A stretch of 26,095 nucleotides of DNA from a virus. Its lineage: Duplodnaviria > Caudoviricetes. The notes under the pieces were generated by a model, which saw only the letters and a list, made by a program, of their open reading frames with translations, had not been told where the DNA came from and ran no database searches. The DNA lies in the IMG/VR virus record IMGVR_UViG_3300031951_001069, positions 1 through 26,095 of that record; one strand, written 5' to 3'. Both the position numbers and the translations under genes were made by a program. Below, piece by piece: positions 17,507-22,961 of this stretch. The first letter of the stretch is position 1, and the number at the start of each line of letters is the position of its first letter.

Positions 17507-18028
17507 ATGAGCGACGGCAGGCGCATCATCATCTTCCTTGTGGCCCTGATTGGCTTGCTGTCCCTGACGCTGGTGGCGGCTGTCGTGGCTAATGCTGGGG
17601 TGTGGCTTCAGCAGTACGGCAAGGCTGAGGGTGTGGCTTGTGACGAGGGCTGGTCTGAGTCGTGGGCGATGTGGGTAAACGACGGCACGGGTGGTTTCGT
17701 CTGCACCCGTGAAGTGGACGACCCGTCGCAGCCCGTCCCGGCTGCTGCCGAGCCTGCCGCTCCCGCGCCCACGACGTACGTTTGGGTTTACGGTGGCGAC
17801 TTCACCCTCCCAGCAAACTACGGCCCCGGCTCGAACCGCTTAGCCTTCAACATTTGCAGCGCCCACACATCAGGCCTCTACACTGGCAACCCGAGGGCGA
17901 TGAGGGTCAACCAGCCCACCTCCGTGGTGGCGTTCTCCTACAATGCCACGACCCGCGTGTACACTCTCCAAAATCTCACGGCGTCCGTTGTTGTTGCAGG
18001 CGCTGAACTTGAGTGTGAAGTCTTGTGA
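17507..18028 (+). CDS. Membrane-anchored or secreted hypothetical protein (173 aa)
   Basis: N-terminal RR plus hydrophobic helix, Trp/Cys-rich module, Pro/Ala linker, beta-rich C-terminal domain with two Cys. RBS GAAAGGG. Confidence 0.7.
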   Translation: MSDGRRIIIFLVALIGLLSLTLVAAVVANAGVWLQQYGKAEGVACDEGWSESWAMWVNDGTGGFVCTREVDDPSQPVPAAAEPAAPAPTTYVWVYGGDFTLPANYGPGSNRLAFNICSAHTSGLYTGNPRAMRVNQPTSVVAFSYNATTRVYTLQNLTASVVVAGAELECEVL

Positions 18029-18117
18029 AACTTCCACGAGTTCACGAACCCATCTGGTGCGCCGACGTCGTACGAGATGGAAGTCGAGTGCCCCTGACCT
18101 CTAGTTCCCCGTTAGGC

Positions 18118-18197
18118 GGGGGTGGATTGGATTCGACAGACTTCTAGAACCCCACGAGGGAAGAGTCTGGACCCCGGTTCGATTCCGGGCACCTCCA
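18118..18197 (+). ncRNA. tmRNA tRNA-like-domain-only RNA (mini-ssrA lacking the mRNA-like domain)
   Basis: Acceptor stem GGGGGTG/CACCTCC with G3:U70 and discriminator A. Stemless D-loop GATTGGATTCGAC, helix AGAC(T)TCT/AGAGTCT, GGAC linker, T-arm CCCGG-TTCGATT-CCGGG. CCA is not encoded. Confidence 0.85.
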
Positions 18198-18200
18198 CAC

Positions 18201-18320
18201 AGCACAGGATCCACCGGCCCCTGTGCTCGTATAAGTCCGGTAGTCACTTCTTCAACCCATTCCCCTGTGGGCTGGACGTGTGGCGAATCAACAGTTAGTT
18301 GACACCAATAGGGAGTAAGT
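18201..18320 (+). promoter_or_regulatory. Structured leader upstream of scaffold gene (candidate pseudoknot plus anti-SD hairpin)
   Basis: 8-bp stem AGCACAGG/CCTGTGCT whose loop ACCGG can pair with CCGGT (18237-18241). Hairpin CCCA-TTCCCCTG-TGGG has a loop complementary to the SD GGGAG (18311-18315). Additional TCAAC/GTTGA hairpin. Confidence 0.45.
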
Positions 18321-18755
18321 ATGACTGGCACCGAGTACAACCTGTTCGACGAGTCTGACAACTCTTCGGATCTTCCGAAGAAGTTGCGGGCCAAGATCAA
18401 GGAACTTCAGGACTCGCTCGATGAGGCCAATGGCCGCATCAGTGAGTACACGCAGCGTGACCGCACCGAGTCCATCGGACAGGTGCTTCAGCGTTACAAC
18501 CTGAACCCGAAGATCGCCGACCTCGTACCCAAGGACATTGAGGGCGAAGCCCTCGATCAGTGGGTCGCGGACTACGCCGACGTGTTCGGTGTCACCCCGC
18601 CTGCACAGCAGGCTTCACAGCCTGCTTACGCGGGCGACGTCAATCGGATGGCCGCTCTTGAGCAGAGCGGGCAGCCCTCAGTAGCGATGAACGATCTTGC
18701 ACAGATCGAGCAGATGTCGCCTGAGGAACTGCTTGCGATGCTCGGCGGTCGCTAA
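18321..18755 (+). CDS. Capsid scaffolding protein (putative)
   Basis: 144 aa immediately before the capsid gene. Acidic N-terminus, coiled-coil (LPKKLRAKIKELQDSLDEAN) and short C-terminal helix. Confidence 0.75.
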   Translation: MTGTEYNLFDESDNSSDLPKKLRAKIKELQDSLDEANGRISEYTQRDRTESIGQVLQRYNLNPKIADLVPKDIEGEALDQWVADYADVFGVTPPAQQASQPAYAGDVNRMAALEQSGQPSVAMNDLAQIEQMSPEELLAMLGGR

Positions 18756-18782
18756 CCACTCTCTCTCTGGAGGTAACATACT

Positions 18783-20123
18783 ATGGCACTTTCTGGTGCA
18801 ACCCCCCCCACGCCTGACGGCGAGGGCTACAAGGGCGGCGGCACTGCCGCTCCCCCCGGTCGTTCGCTCAACGCCGACCAGCACGCTGGCGGTGGCCCGG
18901 CCCTGACGGGTTCTGGCGTCGGCGCTGGTGGCAACCTGTACACCAACGGCAAGTCGACGGAACTGGCCTTTCCGACCGCTGCTAGCGGTCTCGTCGGTGC
19001 TGGCGGCGTCGCTGACGGTTCGCTCGTCATCGAGAAGACCTTCGACAAGGTCATTCGCTGGCGCAACCGGCTGGAGCCGATGTACCGCAACTTCGCCGGG
19101 GTCAGCCTCGTTCGCGATGCTGCGTTCCCCGGCTCGAAGGTCACCCTGTTCCGCACTGGTGCGGCAGGGCTGGCTCTCGCCACCACCCCTCTCTCCGAGT
19201 ACGCGGATCCCGATGCGGTTCCGCTGCCCGGCCTTGAGGACAAGATGGATGTGTCGGTCGACGAGTACGGCAACAGCACGGTTGTCACCAACCGGCTGAA
19301 GCGGTTCTCGTGGCAGGACATCAGCCCCATGCAGATCGAGTACGTGCGGCGCAACATGGCCGACACCACGGACGCGATCTTCGCCAACGCTCTGTTCTCC
19401 CTCACTGGTGGGTGGAACGGCGGCGGCGTGCGGCAGGCTGTCGCAGGCGCGAGTGGGAAGATCGGCCTCACTGGCAAGGGCCAGATGAACGACGACAAGT
19501 TGTACCCGGCAGCGGGACGTCACGGCCTCATCGGCACCGACCTTGCTGGTGCTGCTGCGACTACCGCTCTCGGTGGTGCGGCGGTTGCCGCTGCTCCGGG
19601 TAGCGTCCTGACTCCGGCGCACATCCGGAAGATCGTCGCGCACTTCCGTTCGCTCGGCGTCCTTCCGTTCGGTGATGGCACCTACAAGGCGACCATCACG
19701 CCGGATGTCTCCATCTCGCTCCGTGAGTCCACGGATCTTGCTGGATGGCGCTACCCCCATCTGGAGGAGAACGCGAACGGCAACATCTGGCGGGGAACCG
19801 TCGGGGTGTTCGAGGGCGTGACCTTCATCGAAGGCGGGCAGTTCCGTGGCATGAACAAGGGTCAGACTGTTGGCAACGTCAACAGCATGATCAACATTGC
19901 CCCTGAGATGCCCGTCGGCACTGCCCAGACCGCGTGGGACAACATCCTCTTCTTCGGCCCCGAGGGCATTGGAGAGGTCGTCGTGGAGGAGTCGCACGCT
20001 GTTGTGACTCCGACCAATGACAAGTTCGGACGCCTGTTCGGCCTCGGCTGGATTGGCTGCTTCGGTGCGACTGTCTACGACAACAACGCGATCCTCGCTG
20101 TTGCTGCTCTGAGCAGCAAGTAG
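18783..20123 (+). CDS. Major capsid protein (N4-gp56-like, HK97 fold) with Gly-rich N-terminal extension
   Basis: 446 aa after the scaffold. Motifs DVSVDEYGNSTVVT, GTVGVFEGVTFIE, DKFGRLFGLGW. RBS GGAGGT and strongly biased codons. Confidence 0.85.
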   Translation: MALSGATPPTPDGEGYKGGGTAAPPGRSLNADQHAGGGPALTGSGVGAGGNLYTNGKSTELAFPTAASGLVGAGGVADGSLVIEKTFDKVIRWRNRLEPMYRNFAGVSLVRDAAFPGSKVTLFRTGAAGLALATTPLSEYADPDAVPLPGLEDKMDVSVDEYGNSTVVTNRLKRFSWQDISPMQIEYVRRNMADTTDAIFANALFSLTGGWNGGGVRQAVAGASGKIGLTGKGQMNDDKLYPAAGRHGLIGTDLAGAAATTALGGAAVAAAPGSVLTPAHIRKIVAHFRSLGVLPFGDGTYKATITPDVSISLRESTDLAGWRYPHLEENANGNIWRGTVGVFEGVTFIEGGQFRGMNKGQTVGNVNSMINIAPEMPVGTAQTAWDNILFFGPEGIGEVVVEESHAVVTPTNDKFGRLFGLGWIGCFGATVYDNNAILAVAALSSK

Positions 20124-20131
20124 CAACCTGC

Positions 20132-20171
20132 TGTCGGACCCTCGATGCTATGATGCGTTGAGGGTCCGACA
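20132..20171 (+). promoter_or_regulatory. Long hairpin after capsid gene (terminator-like) enclosing an extended -10 element
   Basis: Perfect 12-bp arms TGTCGGACCCTC/GAGGGTCCGACA extended by GATGC/GCGTT. Loop TATGAT is preceded by TGn. Abuts RBS AGGAGG at 20173-20178. Confidence 0.65.
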
Positions 20172-20182
20172 CAGGAGGAAGC

Positions 20183-20662
20183 ATGAAGGCGTGTACGAAG
20201 TGCGGCGAGACCAAGCCGCTCAGCAAGTTCCCCACCGAGAAGCGAGCGAAGGACGGTCGACGCTCGCAGTGCACCAAGTGTCGCTACGAAGCGCGTAAGG
20301 CTGTCAAGACTGAGGCCGATCTAGCGAAGCAGCGTGACTACCAGCGCATGTGGTGGGAGAAGAACAAGCACCTGAAGAAGGCGCAGATGAGGGACAACCA
20401 CCTCCTCACTCGCTACAAGATGAACCAAGCCCAGTTCGATGAGATGCTCGCGGCACAAGGAGGCGTGTGCCTCCTCTGCGGAAGCGACGATCCTCAGGGC
20501 AAGAACTGGCAGGTAGACCACGACCACTCCTGCTGCGAAGGCAGCAGAACGTGCGGGAAGTGCATCAGGGGACTGCTGTGTGCACCGTGCAACACAGGTC
20601 TCGGGTCGTTCAAGGACGACCCGGATCTGCTTAGGAAAGCGATTCACTATCTGGAGGGCTAA
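20183..20662 (+). CDS. Free-standing endonuclease VII-family HNH (putative homing) endonuclease with N-terminal zinc finger
   Basis: CTKC...CTKC N-terminus. QGGVCLLC...VDHDH...IRGLLCAPCNTGLGSFKDD...AIHYL is the Endonuclease_7-type signature. Confidence 0.9.
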   Translation: MKACTKCGETKPLSKFPTEKRAKDGRRSQCTKCRYEARKAVKTEADLAKQRDYQRMWWEKNKHLKKAQMRDNHLLTRYKMNQAQFDEMLAAQGGVCLLCGSDDPQGKNWQVDHDHSCCEGSRTCGKCIRGLLCAPCNTGLGSFKDDPDLLRKAIHYLEG

Positions 20663-21078
20663 TGCCACTGCTCCGCCCCATGACTCACTCAGGGATCACC
20701 TACCCCCTGACACCGGACGACAAGGGCAACTGCCCCGCTTGCCCAGAGAAGTGGTTCCACGTCAACTTCGACAGTGAGTACAACGGCGGGCATCAGGGCT
20801 TCTACATCCAACTGGACGACGGGCAGTTCCGGTACGTCACCACTGGCACAGTGAACGACGCACTTGACGCTGGCTTCCCGCAGGACCGCCTCTACGAGGT
20901 CGGTCGCGACGGCTACTACCTGACCATGGACGAGGCTCGCAGGGCGATCCCCGCGCCCGTCCATGGAGTCCACTACGTGGACGACTTCAACACCGAGTTC
21001 CAAGACTTCTTCGTCGTCTGCGATGACGACGACCACACCCCATACGCCGAAGCACACGTAGCGGAGTTGATTCGATGA
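20662..21078 (+). CDS. Hypothetical protein (138 aa), possibly virion-associated
   Basis: TAATG coupling, RBS GGAGG, located between the capsid and tail-fibre genes. Confidence 0.7.
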   Translation: MPLLRPMTHSGITYPLTPDDKGNCPACPEKWFHVNFDSEYNGGHQGFYIQLDDGQFRYVTTGTVNDALDAGFPQDRLYEVGRDGYYLTMDEARRAIPAPVHGVHYVDDFNTEFQDFFVVCDDDDHTPYAEAHVAELIR

Positions 21079-22448
21079 GCCACTTCAAGGCTGGAGATCA
21101 GGGCCACCTTCAGGAGCACAACTACTGGGCTGACTTCATCGACGACGTGAAGGATCCCGCTTCCCGTGGCAAGTACCCCGGCATCGCTGGTGCTGATGGC
21201 CCTCCCGGTGATCCGGGTCCGGGTGCGATGTACGAGCAGAATCCGCCGACTGTGCGAACGGTCGGCAAGATCGGTGGGCCACTGGTCACGGGTGACCTGT
21301 GGATCGACAAGGACGCTGTCCTCACCGCGTACGAACTGATCGGTTCCCCGACTGCCCCGGCGAACCCGGTTGACGGTCAGATCTGGTACAACACGGGCAC
21401 CGCGCTGATGTCGCACTGGAATGACACCACCAAGGCGTGGGTCCCGATGGGCGTCACGAACGGCCCCGCTGGTGCAACTGGACCGCAGGGTCCGCAGGGT
21501 ATCCCCGGCAACAAGCCGGTCATCGGCTGGACTTCGGTCACCCTCCCCGCTGGGTCTACCCCGACTATCTCGTACTCCGGTGACGGCTCTGCCGCCACCC
21601 CGTACATGGTGGAGGTTGGCCTGCCCATCGGCCCGCAAGGGGCGAAGGGTGACAAGGGTGACAAGGGTGATACGGGTGCAGCGGGTACGAGCATCCACAT
21701 CACGGGTGCGGTAGCAAACGCTGCTGCGCTTCCCGCTACGGGTGCTCTGGATGACGGTCACATCACGCTGGACACCGGACACCTGTGGGTGTGGGACGGC
21801 ACGGTGTGGCAGGACGCTGGCAACGTGACGGGCCCTACGGGCCCTCAGGGCGTTCAGGGCGTTGCCGGTCCCACGGGTACGGCTGCCACGGTTTCGGTCG
21901 GTACGGTGGCTACAGGAGCCGCCTCGGCGGTAGTGAACAGCGGCACGACTAGTGCAGCGGTTCTCGACTTCACTCTGGAGAAGGGTGACAAGGGAGACAA
22001 GGGCGATAAGGGCGACATTGGCCCGAACCCCGTCTTCACGGTGGGCACAGTCACGGAGGGCACCATCCCCTCCGTGACGATCAACCCTGTCGCAGGGAAG
22101 CCGACGGAGTTCACCGTCGACTTCGTGATGCGGAAGTCGCTGATCCCCCCGTACACGGTCACCGACAAGGACAAGGTTCTCACCGTCAACGCGACGGGTG
22201 CCGCGCTGGAGTGGGCGAAGGGCAGCAGCCTTGAACTGGCTGACGCCACGATCCCCGCTGACGACCCCCACAGGCCGGGGAACACCGCCGGGGTCGGCGT
22301 CGGTATCCGCGCTGCCCGCAGCGATCACGTCCACCCCCGAGAGGTCCCGGCTACCGTTGCTGCGGACATTGGCAAGTTCTTCGTCGTCGGCGCTGCCGCG
22401 ACAGGTGAATGGGCACGTCCCACATTCGGTCAAATGGCAGGAAGGTAG
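21075..22448 (+). CDS. Collagen-like tail fibre / minor tail protein
   Basis: Multiple Gly-X-Y tracts (GPQG; (KGD)n 9-bp repeats at 21645-21671 and 21981-22016), LWVWDGTVW and GQIWYN fibre motifs, AARSDHVHP motif. Confidence 0.8.
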   Translation: MSHFKAGDQGHLQEHNYWADFIDDVKDPASRGKYPGIAGADGPPGDPGPGAMYEQNPPTVRTVGKIGGPLVTGDLWIDKDAVLTAYELIGSPTAPANPVDGQIWYNTGTALMSHWNDTTKAWVPMGVTNGPAGATGPQGPQGIPGNKPVIGWTSVTLPAGSTPTISYSGDGSAATPYMVEVGLPIGPQGAKGDKGDKGDTGAAGTSIHITGAVANAAALPATGALDDGHITLDTGHLWVWDGTVWQDAGNVTGPTGPQGVQGVAGPTGTAATVSVGTVATGAASAVVNSGTTSAAVLDFTLEKGDKGDKGDKGDIGPNPVFTVGTVTEGTIPSVTINPVAGKPTEFTVDFVMRKSLIPPYTVTDKDKVLTVNATGAALEWAKGSSLELADATIPADDPHRPGNTAGVGVGIRAARSDHVHPREVPATVAADIGKFFVVGAAATGEWARPTFGQMAGR

Positions 22449-22451
22449 ATC

Positions 22452-22961
22452 ATGGCATCGCAGGAACGTACCTGCACCAAGTGCAAGGTCGAGAAGCCGA
22501 TCACCGAGTTCGGCGTGAAGCGCCAGCGCAAGGACGGAATCAGCCCGTGGTGCAAGGCGTGTAATGCTGCCGACGCCAATCGGTACTACCACGAAAATCG
22601 TGAGGCTGTGAAGGCTCGCCGCCCGAAAGACCCTGACTCTAAGGCTAGGGCGGTCGCACGGTCAAAGGCTTGGAGGAAGAACAACCCTGAACGGGACCGC
22701 ATCAACCGCCGCCGTGAGGAAGCGATCAGGCGTGACCGGGAACTCAACAATGGGGTGTTCCACGTAACACACAAGGATTACCGGCGGATTCTTTCCTCAC
22801 CATGCCAGAAGTGCGGGTCCCTAGAGGACATCACCGTTGACCACATCATCCCTATTGTACGTGGGGGTCGGCACGCAATCGGAAACCTGCAAGCCCTGTG
22901 TCGGCGTTGCAACTGCTCTAAGCAAGGGCTTCTGGAAATCGAGTGGAAGGTAGCGGCCTAA
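22452..22961 (+). CDS. Free-standing HNH endonuclease with N-terminal zinc finger
   Basis: CTKC...WCKAC N-terminus. CQKC...VDHIIPIVRGGRHAIGNLQALCRRCNCSK HNH signature. Codon usage is less GC3-biased than neighbours. Confidence 0.9.
   Translation: MASQERTCTKCKVEKPITEFGVKRQRKDGISPWCKACNAADANRYYHENREAVKARRPKDPDSKARAVARSKAWRKNNPERDRINRRREEAIRRDRELNNGVFHVTHKDYRRILSSPCQKCGSLEDITVDHIIPIVRGGRHAIGNLQALCRRCNCSKQGLLEIEWKVAA

Noticed and set aside
18118-18197. Interpretation as an ordinary tRNA gene
   Set aside because: No D-stem and no 5-bp stem/7-nt anticodon loop. The GGATTCGAC and GGAC motifs are tmRNA-type.
18198-18320. Possible permuted two-piece tmRNA coding piece, or HDV-like (theta) ribozyme, downstream of the TLD
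   Set aside because: The TLD halves are in standard order, no tag ORF ending in an Ala-Ala-type degron was found, and the first hairpin loop is too short for the nested HDV fold.
18299-18327. TTGACA -35-like hexamer before the scaffold gene
   Set aside because: No good -10 at 16-18 bp spacing, and any transcript would start inside the ORF. The hexamer is part of a hairpin arm.
21645-22016. 9-bp tandem repeats as CRISPR or DGR-type repeats
   Set aside because: They are in-frame collagen (KGD)n codons. There are no spacers, reverse transcriptase or template/variable repeat pair in the window.
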